From: Mobula hypostoma
Taxonomy: Eukaryota
NCBI RefSeq assembly: GCF_963921235.1
Contig: NC_086097.1
Coordinates: 169,758,001 to 169,822,000, forward strand
Direction: 5' to 3'
DNA length: 64,000 nucleotides
Shown one piece after another: positions 1-13,440 of the stretch; position 1 is the stretch's first letter; each line of letters begins with the position of its first letter. A program made the translations under genes and the position numbers. The notes under the pieces were generated by a model. It saw only the letters and a list, made by a program, of their open reading frames with translations. It made no database searches and had not been told where the DNA came from.

Positions 1-399
1 AGGATTTTGACTGTTCTTGATTGTATTCAAATAAATAGATTGTTTCCTGAGACATATGTAAATGACTTGTCTATGAAGAACATATTTATTATTTCTTTAC
101 AGAGCCAAAAAAATCTGTTTTTGATGAAAGTAAATTTGTGATCTCTTATTCTCTATACAAACTTACCTAACAATTTAGTAATTTATCATGCCAAAGTTAT
201 GTAGACTTTTGTACTTGTGAAGACTTAAAATAGTATGCTGACTCTTGCTGGAATGGACTCTTGCAGGACCTCCTCCAATAATTTCTCATCTTATCCCTGT
301 ACCTTGTTGCCTATGCTTGGCCACTTTCCTATTTCTCATTTCCATATTATTTCTTAACAACATCAGTATACAGTCTGACAAGACATTATTTCAATATAT

Positions 400-955
400 T
401 GGAGTACTTGGAGTATTGTGTGCAGCTTTGGGCTCCTTATTTTAGAAAGGATATACTGACATTGGAGAGGGTTCAGAGAAGATTCACGAGGATGATTCCA
501 GGAATTAAAGGGTTACTGTATGAGAATGATAGGCAGCTCTTGGGCTGTATTCCCTGGAGTTCAGGAGAATGAGGGAGGATCTCATAGAAACATTATGAAT
601 GTTAAAAAGCCTGAACAGATTAGATATGGCAAAGTTATTTCCCATGATATGGGAGTCCAGGACAAGAGGGCATGACTTCAGGATTGAAGGAAGTCCATTA
701 GAACAGAGAAATTACTTTAGTCAGAGGGTGGTAAATCTGTGGAATTTTTTGCCACAAGCGGCTGTAGAGGCCAAGTCATTGGGTGCATTTAAGGCAGAGA
801 TAGATAGGTTCTTGATTAGCCTGGGCATCAAAGGGTATGGGGAGATGGCAGGGGAGTGGGGATGACTGGAAGAATTGGATCAGCTCATGATTGAATGGCA
901 GAGCAGACTCGATGGACCGAATGGCCTACTTCTGCTCCTATATCTTATGGTCTTA
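400..955 (+). mobile_element. CR1-type LINE, 5'-truncated 3' fragment
   Basis: Decayed ORF2 C-terminus (LEYCVQLWAPYFRKDIL..ERVQRRFTRMIPG; RNYFSQRVVNLWN) plus 3' UTR; highly similar to 14110-14668. Confidence 0.9.
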
Positions 956-1289
956 TATTGGTTGAGACACTTGGATCTACCTTGTCATCTCTGTTGAATC
1001 TTTAACTGCTTTTAGGCTGACAGCCTGCTTTTTGATCACCCTGTTTTTTCATCACCCTGTTATACTGTTCTCACAAAGCTTTATGAAAATATGAGGAGTA
1101 TTGCGGCACCTTTTGACTAGGCATGTTACAGGCCTTGGAACTCAGCTGTGAGCTCAACAGTTTTAGGCAACCAGCCTTCCAGCTTGTGTCAGAATTGACT
1201 TGTTCTTCTGAAAAATCACCACTCTGTAACATTAACTATGTTCTTTTTTAAAAATCTCTCCTCAGATGCAGTCTGACTAGCTGGGTACT

Positions 1290-1450
1290 TCTAGCAACAC
1301 ACACAAAATGCTGGAGGAACTCGGCAGGCCAGGCAGCATCTATGGGAAAAAGTACAGTCAACATCTTGGGCTAAGACACTGAGTTCCTCCAGCATTTTGT
1401 GTGTGTGTTGCTTGGACTTCCAGCATCTGCAGGTTTTCTCTTGTTTGTGA
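1290..1450. mobile_element. Palindromic Penelope-like terminal-repeat mini-element
   Basis: caacacacacaaaatgctggaggaactc ... gagttcctccagcattttgtgtgtgtgttg inverted arms; same sequence as the ends of the GIY-YIG elements at 29220-29765 and 54945-57260. Confidence 0.75.
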
Positions 1451-2420
1451 TTTAAAGTTACAAGTTGATGAACTTTCAACAGAAAATTGTGCCTCACACT
1501 TTCAAGACCTTTCTCTCTTGTCTATCTTTATTCACCTCCTCTTTTTAATCTACATCACCTCCAGGCAGATAATATGCAGTTAGCAAGCTTTCACCACCAT
1601 CATTGATGTCATTCAGTCTCTATTGGACAATCTCTCTGTTCTTTTCACCTTCTGTAACCTAAAACCTGTTTGATTCTAACTTTACTTGTGTCTAATGCAA
1701 GTTCATCTATTTACAGCGCTAACTCTGTTCCTCTTTCCACAGATGTTGCCTGGATTGCTGACCATTTCCTGCATTTTCTATTTTTATTTCATAGTTCATG
1801 CACTTGCAGTTTAGTTTGATTTTATTTGTTCCTGGATGAACTTAGATTTGCTTCAATTTAAACCATTTTCTTTTACCTCTGACACTGATTCTGTATCCTT
1901 CCCAACCTTTCAATGAACCAGATCATACGAGCTTGAGCTAAACTATCACTTAATATCTTCATCCTCAAAAAAAACTTCCTTCCATCTCATTACACTGCCC
2001 TTCTCTGCTCTTGCTTTAGTCAACCTATTGCTTTATTCTTCTGATTTCTAGACAATTTTCAGCCTTTCAATTAAAATTCCCAATGCTATGGTTCTCACTG
2101 ACTTAGTTGATCCATCAGTTCTTCAAGATTTAAAGCAACACATTAAGGAAATGGAGGAGCTCAGGGTGTCAAGCAGTATCTGTGGAGGGAAATGGATAGT
2201 TAATGTTTTGGGTTGACACCCTTCCAAATCTAATCTGCAATGGATAGAGAGAATTACACAGGTACATCTATCAATTTACTCTGTGAGGTTTGTGTGATTA
2301 AAGAGGTTCATTGCAACCCATTGTATATTAGGATAAATAAATCAAAATATGAATTGATCAAAAGCATCTTACCATAATGGCCTTTCTACATTTCACATAG
2401 CTTAGTTTCCCTTTCTCTTT

Positions 2421-2608
2421 CATAAACGAGAAAATCTCCAGTTGCTGGAAATCCAAGCAACACACAAAAAGATGCTGGAGGAACTCAGCAGGCCAGGCAG
2501 CATCTCAGAAAAGAGTACGGTCAATGTTTCGGCCTGAAATGTTGACTGTACGCTTTTCCTAGATGCTGCCTGGCCTGCTGAGTTCTTCCCGCATTTTGCA
2601 TGTGTTGC
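2421..2608. mobile_element. Palindromic Penelope-like mini-element with 14-bp TSD
   Basis: Inverted arms centred on gtttcggcctgaaat; direct repeat ttccctttctcttt at 2407-2420 and 2609-2622. Confidence 0.8.
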
Positions 2609-2804
2609 TTCCCTTTCTCTTTACTTGGTAGCGACATAATATACGGGAAGACACAAAGAATCAAGAGAAAAGTGGCCTATTAAAGGTATCAATCTCATAT
2701 CCCAGTATATAAACTCTCACTGTGGGAAATCAGATATAGAGTACTACTGAGCACATGGTACCAGCAAGGGATAAATGAAGAAACAACCTAGGAAGTGTAA
2801 TCCA

Positions 2805-3100
2805 TAAGATCATAAGACACAGGAACAGAACTAGCCCACTCGGTCCATCGCGTCTGCTCTGCTGATCTATTACCCCTCTCAACCCCATTCTTCAGCCTTC
2901 TCTCCATAACCTTTGACACTCTTACTAATCAAGAACCTATCAACCTCCGCTTTAAACATACCCAATGACTTGGCCTCAATAGCCAGCTGTGGCAATGAAT
3001 TCCACAGGTTCACCACCCTTTGGCTGAAGAAATTCCTCCACATCTCTTTTCTAAAGGGACGTCCTTGTATTCTGAAGCTGTGCCTTCTGGTCTTAGATTC
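2805..3100 (-). mobile_element. CR1 3' fragment
   Basis: Reverse complement of CR1 3' end (ttcaccaccctttggctgaagaaattcc) with (cataaga)n-like tail. Confidence 0.8.
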
Positions 3101-4384
3101 TAATCTTTATAGTAGAAGTGTACATTATGAGTGGTATATTCTAAAGGGACATTTTGTTACAGACGTTTTACAGCACAATTGAAATTGCTGAAAATCTATC
3201 AATTGCTGAAAATCTTTCCTAAGGTTTGTTGACCTTCGACCTCTGACCCCAGAACTCGCAGACCTTGGACCTCCGTCCTCGGGGATCCTTGGCCTCCTAC
3301 CTCGGAGCACTCTGACCTCTGTTTGTTCCCCTAACTCTTCATTTATTGCCCTTACCTCTCTCTTCACCCCTGAACCTCCCCCTAACAATGAACCTGTCTT
3401 CACAAAAAAAAAGGAAAATAGGACTAGTACAGGTAAGCAGCTTGGTCAGAATGGATGAATTGGGCTGAAGGGCCTGTTTCTGTGCTGTATGACTCTATAA
3501 TCAGCATTTCAGTTCTTAATCTATATAATTTAGCTAATGGACTATTGCCACCATGTGGTGATGTAGGAATAAGAATTCTTTACTGAAGTGAAATCTATCT
3601 AGTCTTGAAGAGTGAACAACAAAGCAATATTTAGCCAATTTAACTGAGGAGCCAGATTAAAAAGATTAAGACATCACGGCCGAGCACAGAGGATGAACTG
3701 GTGTTCAACTCACTACTCCATGACTTACTCGCCTTCCCACCTTTTATAATATCCTGGATGGTGGGAAGAACTGGAGCTGTCTGAGTAACCCTTTTCAATC
3801 CTGTACATTAGAGCTTCCATACCAGGCTGTGATCCAACTACTCAGAATGCTCTCCACTGTGCATCCATAGAAATTAGTACGAGTCTTTGGAGACATACAA
3901 AATCTCCTCGAAGTACTTACAAACTAGAACAGCTGGCTTGCCTTCTTTATGATTGCATTAATATGCTGGGCCTAAAATAGACCTTCCGAGATGTTGACAC
4001 CCAACTTGAAGCAGCTCACTGCTGACCCCTCAGTGAAGGCTGGTGTGTGTCTTTCCAAATTCCCCTTCATGAATTCCATAATACATTCTTTGGTCATGCC
4101 AAATGCCAAGTCCAATGTTGTTGTTGCAACACCACTCAACCAGCTGATCTATCTCTTTACACCTCTACGTTGCCTCGTGAGCTTCTACCAACAAGAGGTG
4201 TCATTAACAAATTTAAATGGTGAGTGAGCTGTGTTTAGCCATGCATGCAGAGACAGTAGAGCAGTGGGCTAAGTACTTATTCTCGAGGTGCTGCTTGTCA
4301 GCAAGGAGGAGATGAGCTCACTGATCTGCACTGACAGTGGTCTCCTGATAACAAAATAGAGGATATTTTTAATAGTGAAACAAA

Positions 4385-6590
4385 GTTCAATGTAAAGTTC
4401 AAACTATGTATATGTCACCATTTGCTATCATGAGATTCATTTTCTTGCAGGAATTCACAGTAGATAACAAGAAACAAAATATTATCAATGAAAAACTACA
4501 CATGAACAAAGACAAACCACCCATGTGCTTAAGACAAATTGTGCAATTACAAAAATAAATCAATGGTAGTAATATTGAGAACGTGAGTTGTAGAGTGCTT
4601 GAAAGCGAGTCCATATGTTGTGGAATAGTTCAGACCATTGCCTTTGTCAGAGCTGGGGAGCAGCCAATACCTGCCAAAAGAACATCTGCAGGCATTCTGA
4701 CCTCTGCAAGGGACTGGCAGCTGTTGGTGGACCTCGAAGGGCAGCTGAAGTTCCCCAACCATATTGCAGGCACCACCCTGCGACCAGACATTGTCCTAGT
4801 GTCTGAGTCTACTAAGCAAGTGGTGCTGCTGGAGCTGACAATCCCATGGGAAGATAGCTTGGAGGAGGTCTTTGAAAGGAAGCTCTCCAAGTACGCAGGA
4901 CTGGTCAGCAACTGTCAGCAGGCTGGGTGGAGAGCAAGGTGTCTCCCAGTGGAGGTTGGTTGTAGGGGATTCGTAGCCCGTTCTTTAGTTAGAGCCTTCA
5001 GCATTTTGGGCATCGAGGGAGAGAGGAAGAGGAGAGCCATCCACAGTACCACCGATGTGGCAGAGAGGGCCTCAAGATGGCTGTGGCTCAAAAGAGGGGA
5101 GCCATGGAGTCATAAGTAGCTAGCCATCTGGACACAAGCTGGGGTCTGATCAGCCCCGGCTGGGTCACCTGGAGGAGGTTGTATGATGTTGAAAGATCTG
5201 AAACACCCGATGATTCCAGGAACATCACTGAAGGTGTGTCCAGAAGCATCAATAGATGTATGTACACAGTGTTATCCATGTTAGTTCAGGAGCCTGATGG
5301 TTGAAAGGCAATAACTGTTCCTGAAACTGGTGGTGTGGGACCTAGGGCTCTTGTACCACCTCTCTGACAGCAGCAATGAGAAGAGAGTATGGCCCGGATG
5401 GTGCAGTGCCCTTGATAATGCTGCTTTCTTGTGACAGTGCTCCTTGTAGATATGCTCAGCGGTGGGGAGGGCTTTTTCTCCGATGGACTGGGCTTTACTC
5501 ACACTTTTTGTGGCTTTTCCATTCTTGGGCAATGGTGTTTCCATCCCAGACTGTGATGCGTCAGGTGACTATGCAAGTATAGAAGTTTGTCAAAGTTTTA
5601 GATGATATGTTGAATCTGTGCAAACTTGTAAGACAGTAGAGCTACTGCTGGGTAATGGCACTTACATGTTGGTCTCAGGACAGATTCTCTGAAATGATGA
5701 CTGCCATGGAATTTAATATTAATGACCCTGTCCCCGTTCATCTCTGATCAGCTAAAGACTGGTTCATTGTCCTCCAGTTTCTTCCTCCTGTCGTCAATAA
5801 TCCACTCTTTGATTTTGCTGACTTTGAGTGAGAGGTTGTTGTTGTGGCACCATTCCGCCAGATTTTCAATCTTCCTCCTTTATTCCAATTCTCCACCACC
5901 TTTGATTTGGCCGACAACAGTGGTGTCATCAGCATACAGCATTGGAGCTGTGCTTAGCCTCACAATAAGTATACAGTAATGAGAGTAGAGCAGAAAGCTA
6001 AGCACACAGCCTTGTTGATGGTGATTGTGGAGGGGATGTGTTACAAATCTGAACTGGCTGGGGTATGCAAGTGAGGAAATCAAGGATCCAATTGCTCAAG
6101 GTGGTATCAAGGCCAAGGCCTTGGGGCTTATGTGTTGGGTTTGAGGGGATGATAATGTTGAAAGTAGAGCTGGAATCAATGAAGAGAATCTTGATGTATG
6201 CACACACTGTCCAGATGTTCCAAGAATGAGTGAAGAGCCAATGAAATAGCATCTGCTGTTGACCTGTTGTCATGGTAGGCAATTTGTAGTAGATCCAGGT
6301 CACTCCTCAGGCAGGAATTGATGTGCTTTGTGACCATCCTCTCAAAGCACTTCATTGCAATGGATATCAGTGCTACTGGATGATAGCCACTGAGGCAGGT
6401 TTCTATGTTTTTCTAGGACACTGGTATGGTTGATGCCGAAGCAAGAGGTTAAAGATGTCAGAAAACACTCTCGCCAGCTGATTAGCACAGGCCTTCAATA
6501 GTTGGCCAGGTTCATCGTCTGGACCAGATGCTTTCTCCATGGGTTCACCCTGCTGAAGGATGCCCTCACGTTAGCCTTGGAGACGTAGCA
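4385..6590 (-). mobile_element. Decayed Rex1/Babar-like LINE (RT to 3' end), interrupted by a HERO-type element
   Basis: Minus-strand fragments ILFIDSSSTFNIIIP, NWILDFLT, QGCVLS, YADDTTVVG, HHPGHTLFSLL..SFRNSY..IRLLN. Confidence 0.75.
4634..5265 (+). mobile_element. HERO-type (restriction-like endonuclease) non-LTR retrotransposon 3' fragment
   Basis: ORF ending at 5119 contains TTLRPDIVLVSESTKQVVLLELTIPWE..FERKLSKY..PVEVGCRGF, an RLE PD-(D/E)xK-type motif, followed by a short 3' UTR. Confidence 0.8.
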
Positions 6591-8373
6591 AGAAAAGTTT
6601 TTCGGTGTACCTTGGTACAGGTCAGAGTCAGTGATTTAAAACGAGAGTTTCGTGGGCGTTAGTTCACTGTGTAGGGCCTATCAGCGGCGGCAACTGAGCT
6701 CGGCGAACTAAATAAAAGTACAGAAGGGATAAGCAGAGTGGCCATTGTTGGGAGTAGGCCAGTGGCGAGAATAGAAGCGACAGGCTTTGGCGAGGTAAGT
6801 GGACTTGGTTTTTGGTTTTATCTTTGCATTTTTTTTTGAGGAATAGCGAGCATGTCGGTAGGGTTAGTATTTTGCTCTGGGCGTCGGATGTGGGAATCCT
6901 GGGAATCTTCCAGTCTCCCAGATGGCCACATCTGCGCCAGGTGCACCGAGATGCAGCTCCTGAGAGACCGTGTTAGGGATCTGGAGCTGTGGCTCGATGA
7001 CCTACAGCTTATTAGGGAGAGTGAGCAGGAGATACCGAGGAGCTACAGGGAATTAGTCACCCCGAGGCTACCGGAGTTAGATAAGTGGGTGATGGTCAGG
7101 GAAACACAGGAAAGAGCTCAGATAGTAGAGAGCACTCCTGTGGCCATCGCCTTCAGTAATCGTTATCTTGATTTGGATGCGGTTGAGGAGGATGACCTGA
7201 CAGAGGACGACCATGGCGATTGGGTCTCTGGCACTGAGCCTGGTTCTGTGGTGCTGTGGTGCAGAAGGGAAAGAGAAGGATGAGGAATGTGGTAGTCATA
7301 GGGAATTCCATAGTGAGGGGAATAGACAAGAGATTCTGTCAGCCTGATGGAGATACCTACATGGGGTGTTGCCTCACAGCTGCCAGGGTACAGGAAGTTT
7401 CGGACCGGGTGCAGGGTGAAGGGAGAAGGTGAACAGCCAGAAGTCGGTACCAATGACATAGGTAGAAAAAGGGAGGAGTCCTGAAGAGAGAATTCGGGGA
7501 GTTAGGTAGGAAGCTGAAAGGCAGGACCTCTAGGGTAGTAATCTCAGGATTGCTGCCTGTGCCACGTGCTAGCAAATGCAAGAATAGCATGATCAAGCGA
7601 ATTAATGTGTGGCTGAGAGACTGGTGTAGGGGGCAGGGATTCAGATTCCTGGATCACTGGGGCCTCTTCTGGGGGAGGTATGACTTGTACAAAAATGACA
7701 GGATACACCTAAAACCAAAGGGGTCCAATATCCTAGTGGGCACCTTTAATGGAGCTGTTAGAGAGGGTTTAAACTAATTTGGCAGGGGGATGGGAACCGG
7801 AGTGATAGGACTGAGGAAGGGGAAAACCGAAATAAATCAAAGATAGTGTGCAACAGAGATTATAGAAAGAACAGGCAGGAGATGAGGCTTAATCAAAGCC
7901 AGTGGCATGAGTTACAGGGCAATAGAGGCATGGTGCAGTTAAAACAGAAAGCAACAAAAACTGAACTGACAGCGTTGTATTTGAATGCATGCAGAATGAG
8001 GAATAAAATGGATGATCTTGAAATTCAGCTACAGATTGGCAAATATGACCTTGTTGCCTTCTCTGAAACTTGGCTAAAGGATGGCTACCATTGGGAGCTG
8101 AACATCCAAGGACATATGGTATATTGGAAAGATAGGATAGTAGGCAAAGGGGGTGTTGTGGCTCTGTGCATAAGAAATAACATTAAATCATTGGAAAGAG
8201 ATGACATAGGATTGGAAGGTGTAGAGTATCTATGGGTTGAGTTAAGAAATGGCAAAGGTAAAAGGACCCTAATAGCAGTTGCACACAAGCCTCCAAACAG
8301 CAGCCAGGATGTGGATTACAAATTACAGCAGAAGATAGAAAAGGTGTGTCAGAAAGGCAATGTCATGATAATC

Positions 8374-11291
8374 TTTCTTTCTTTTTAAATCCTTTTATTA
8401 ATTTTTCAAAATTATAAACTCAATAACAAAGTTGGTACAGAGATTGGAAAAATGTTCATCAGCATATATAAAATGAATTTTAAGTAACATAGATATAAAA
8501 GACTTCCAAACTCATAATGAGATTAAACATTAAAAAAATAAAAAGAAAAAAATATATAAACAAAAAAAACCCCAAACGAAAAAGAGAAAAAAAAACCCCA
8601 AAAAAAGGCAAAACAGGGCTAGACCAACAGCTTGTATCAGACACATTCAATAATGTCATTAACTCTGCTCTTCTCATCATATAATTTTAGAAAAAAGATT
8701 CCGAAAGGTCAGATTACATCATATGAAAATGTTGCATAAAAGGTTTCCAAGTATCTTCAAATTTAACCGAAGGGTCAAAAATATCACTTCTAATTTTTTC
8801 TAAATTTAAACTTAATATGGTTTGAGAAAACCATTAGAATGTAGTTGGAGGATTAGTTTCCTTCCAGTTCAACAAAATAGATCTTCTTGCCATTAAAGTA
8901 ACAAAAGCTATCATTCGAGAGGCTGAAGAAGACAAAGATCTATGTTCTACCATTGGCAATCCAAAGATTGCCGTAATAGGATGGGGTTTTAAATCAAAGC
9001 ATAGAACTGTTGAAATAATATCAAAAGTGTCTTTCCAATATTTTTCCAAAAGAGGACAGGACCAAAACATATGAGTTAAAGAAGCCACTTCAGAGTGACA
9101 TCTATCACAAGTAGGGTTTATGTGGGAATAAAAATGAGCTAGTTTATCTTTGGACATATGAGCTCTGTGTACTACTTTAAATTGTATTAATGTATGTTTA
9201 GCACATATAGAAGAAGTACTAATTAATTGAAAATTTTTTTCCCATTTCTCTATAGGTAGGGAAAGTTGAAGTTCCCTTTCCCATTCATTTTCGATCTTAT
9301 CAGATATATCTGGCTGTAATTTCATAATTATATCATAAATTATTGCTATTAATCCCTTCTGCAAAGGATTAAAACCTAAAATTTTATCAAGAGTGCCAGA
9401 AGGATTGGAAGTCGGAAAGGTAGGCAACATAGTATTTAAAAAAATTTCTTATTTGTAGGTATCTAAAAAAACGGGATCTAGGCAAATCAAATTTCTCAGA
9501 TAACTGCTCAAAAGACATAAAGCAGTTATCCAGAAATAGATCACGAAAACATATTATACCTTTCGCTTTTCATATCAAAAGGGCTTGGTCCATTACCGAG
9601 GGTTGGAAAAAGAAATTAGATATAATAGGGCTTGATAACATAAATTCATTCAGACCAAAAAATTTACGAAATTGAAACCATATTCGCAATGTATGTTTAA
9701 CTACAGGGTTGAAAATTTGTTTATTCAATTTAGATAGTGCAAAAGGCAGTAAAGTTCCTAAGATGGAAACTAAAGAAAACCCTTGTACAGGATGGCCTTC
9801 AAAGTTTACCCAATGTGGGCTTGGAGTTATATTCCAATCTTGTGTCCAAAATATTAAGTATCGGATATTCATTGCCCAGTAGTAAAATCTTAGGACAGGC
9901 AATGCCAAACCACACTCTTTCTTAGATTTCTGTAAGTATTTTTTACTTAATCTGGGATTTCTATTTTGCCATATATAAGAGGAAATTTTAGAGTTAATAG
10001 TATCAAAAAAAGATTTAGGAATGAAAATCGGTGTCGCTTGAAATAAATATAAAAATTTGGGTCAAATAATCATTTTAAAAGCATTAATACGGCCAATCAG
10101 TGATAGAGACAAAAGGGGACCTTTAGTAATCAGTTGTTTAACCTGATTAATTAATGGTAAAAGGTTGAAATTGAATAGATCCTTATGTCTCTTAGTAACC
10201 TTAACTCCCAAATAAGTAAAATAATCAGTAATCACTCTAAATGGAGAGTTTCTATAAATGGGAACCTGCATATTTAATGGAAAGAGTTCACTCTTACTTA
10301 GGTTCAGTTTATAACCAGAAAAGCTACTAAACTGAGCAAGCAAAGTTAATACTGCCGGAATAGATTTTCCTGGGTTAGAAATATATAATAGTAGATCATC
10401 TGCATATAGTGATAATTGATGAGTCTCATTTCCATGGGTAATACCAAATATATTAGGGGAGTCACGAATGGCAATAGCTAGCGGTTCCAAGGCAATATCA
10501 AATAGTAATGGACTAAAAGGGCAACCCTGCCTAGTACCATGGAATAATTGAAAAAAAGGGGATCTTTGATTGTTAGTAAGTACTGAGGCCAAAGGGGTAA
10601 AATATATGTTTAATCCAGGAAGTGAATATCGGACTAAAATTAAATTTCTCAAGGGTATTGAATAAATATATCCATTCAACTCTATCAAAAGCTTTTTCAG
10701 CATCCAGTGAAATGACACATTCTGGAATTTTGGGTGAAGGCGTATAAACAATATTCATTAATCTCCTAATATTAAAAAAAGAATAATGGTTTTTAATAAC
10801 TCCAGTTTGATCAGCAGAAATAATTTGGGGTAATACATTCTCCAATCTCGTTGCCAATATTTTAGAAAATATCTTAGAATTGACATTCAGCAGAGATATA
10901 GGTCTATAAGATGCACATTCAGTAGGATCCTTATCTTTTTTAAGAATTAGGGAAATAGAAGCTCAATAGAAAGATTGTGGTAACTTACCTATTGAGACTG
11001 CATCCCTAAAAATTCTATATAGCCAAGGAGTTAGTGTAGTCGAGAAAAATTTTAAAAAATCTACTGTAAATCCATCTGGACCAGGTGCTTTACCTGAATT
11101 CATTGAAAAAATAGCATTCTTTATTTCCTCTACTGTAATAGGTACATCTAGTTTTGAACGTTCATTAGATGATAATTTTGGAATATTCAGTTTCTTAAAA
11201 AATTCATGCATTATAGTGGAGTCATCAGGAAATTCTGATTGATAAAGGGAGGTATAAAATTCTTGAAAGGATTTATTAATCTCGTCATGGT
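8374..11291 (-). mobile_element. 5'-truncated L1 LINE inserted in CR1 ORF2
   Basis: Minus-strand ORF2 motifs GKAPGPDGF, SLDAEKAFDRVEW, GTRQGCPFSP, LYADD, CDRC..HMFWSC; AATAAA and A-rich tail; 16-bp TSD caatgtcatgataatc at 8358-8373 and 11292-11307. Confidence 0.93.
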
Positions 11292-12417
11292 CAATGTCAT
11301 GATAATCATTGGGGATTTTAACATGAAAGTGGATTGGGAAAACCAGGCCGGTACTGGACTTCAAGGGAGAGAATTTGTAGAATGTCTAAGGGATAGCTTT
11401 TTAGAACAGCTTGCTGTTGAGCCCACTAGGGGATCAGCTGTGCTGGATTGGGTGTTGTGCAATGGTCTGGAGGTGATAAGAGTGCTTAAAGTTAAGGAAC
11501 CCTTAGGGAACAGTGATCACAATATGATCGAGTTCACATTGAAATTTGAGAGGGAAAAAATAAAATCCAATGTGTCGGTATTTCAGTGGAATAAGGGAAA
11601 TTACAACGGTATGAGTGGGAAATGGCCAAAGTTGACTCGAAAGGGACATTTGCAGGAAGGACAGCAGAGCAGCAATGGCTGGAGTTTCTGCAAAAAATGA
11701 GGGAAGTGCAAGACAGATATATTCCAAACAAGAAGGAATTTTCAAAGGGAAGAAGGACACTGGATTGGCTGACAAATGAAGTCAGAGCCAAAGTAAAAGC
11801 AAAAGAGAGGGCATACAAGGAAACCAGAGCTACTGGGAAGACAGAGGATTGGGAAACTTTTAAAAACTTGCGGAAAGAAACCAAGAAGGTCATTCAGAAG
11901 GAAAAGATGAATTATGAAAGGAAGCTGGTGACTAATATCAAAGAAGATACTAAAAGGTTTTTTAAGTATTTAAAGGGTAAAAGAGAGTCGAGGGTAGATA
12001 TAGGACCAATACAAAATGATGCTGGAGACATTGTAAAGAGAGATGCAGAGATGGCAGAGGAATTGAATACGTATTTTGCATCAGTCTTCACAGTGGAAGA
12101 CGTCTGCAGTATACTGGACATTCAAGAGTGTCAGGGAAGTGAAGTTTGTGCAGTGAAGATTACGACTGAGAAGGTGCTCCGGAAGCTTAACAGTCTGAGG
12201 GTGGATAAATCTCCTGGACCTGATGGAATGCACCCTTGGATTCTGAAGGAAGTAGCTGAAGAGATTGTAGAGGCACTAACGATGATCTTTCAAGAATCAA
12301 TAAATTCTGGCATTGGGATTACAGAGTATCTGGAGGCACATGACAAGATAGGCCAAATCCAGTATGGTTTCCTGAAAGGAACATCCTGCCTGATAAACAG
12401 CTATTCTTTGAGGAAAT

Positions 12418-13440
12418 AGTAGTAGTAGTAGTAGTCATACTTTATTGATCCCGGGGGAAATTGGTTTTCGTTACAGTTGCACCATAAATAATAAATAGTA
12501 ATAGAACCATAAATAGTTAAATAGTAATATGTAAATTATGAAATAAGTCCAGGACCAGCCTATTGGCTCAGGGTGTCTGACCCTCCAAGGGAGGAGTTGT
12601 AAAGTCTGATGGCCACAGGCAGGAATGACTTCCTATGACGCTCAGTGCTGCATCTCGGAGGAATGAGTCTCTGGCTGAATGTACTCCTGTGCCCACCCAG
12701 TACATTACATAGTGGATGGGAGACATTGACCAAGATGGCATGCAACTTAGACAGCATCCTCTTTTCAGACACCACCGTGAGAGAGTCCAGTTCCATCCCC
12801 ACAACATCACTGGCCTTACAAATGAGCTTGTTGATTCTGTTGGTGTCTGCTACCCTCAGCCTGCTGCCCCAGCACACAACAGCAAACATGATCGCACTGG
12901 CCACCACAGACTCGTAAAACATCCTCAGCATCATCCGGCAGATGTTAAAGGACCTCAGTCTCCTCAGGAAATAGAATCGGCTCTGACCCTTCTTGTTGAC
13001 AGCCTCAGTGTTCTTTGACCAGTCCAGTTTATCGTCAATTCGTATCCCCAGGTATTTGTAATCCTCCACCATGTCCACACTGACCCCCTGGATGGAAACA
13101 GGGGTCACCGGTACCTTAGCTCTCCTCAGGTCTACACCAGCTCCTCAGTCTTTTTCACATTAAGCTGCAGATAATTCTGCTCACACTATGTGTCAAAGTT
13201 TCCTACCATAGCCCTGTACTCAGCCTCATCTCCCTTGCCGATGCATCCAACTATGGCGGAGTCATCTGAAAACTTCTGAAGGTGACAAGACTCTGTGCAG
13301 TAGTTGAAGTCTGAGGTGTAAATGGTGAAGAGAAAGGGAGACAAGACAGTCCCCTGTGGAGCCCCAGTGTTGCTGATCACTCTGTCGGACACACAGTGTT
13401 GCAAGCACACGTACTGTGGTCTGCTAGTCAGGTAATCAAT
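12418..13440 (-). mobile_element. 5'-truncated Rex1/Babar-like LINE inserted in CR1 ORF2
   Basis: Minus-strand GAPQGTVLSP, KFSDDSAIVG, YKYLG, YFLRRLRSF; AATAAA then (ACT)n tail; CR1 frame gaggaaat|tacaag resumes either side. Confidence 0.88.

Noticed and set aside
90..135. Possible micro-exon (tttctttacag ... gtaaat)
   Set aside because: Only splice-like signals; no recognisable protein or partner exons
245..445. Hydrophobic 66-aa ORF and the other short ORFs in the track
   Set aside because: Non-ATG or chance ORFs, most overlapping LINE fragments in alternative frames
5150..5230. Hammerhead-like words (atgatg..gaaac) in the HERO-type 3' UTR
   Set aside because: No CTGANGA box and the helices cannot be assembled in hammerhead topology
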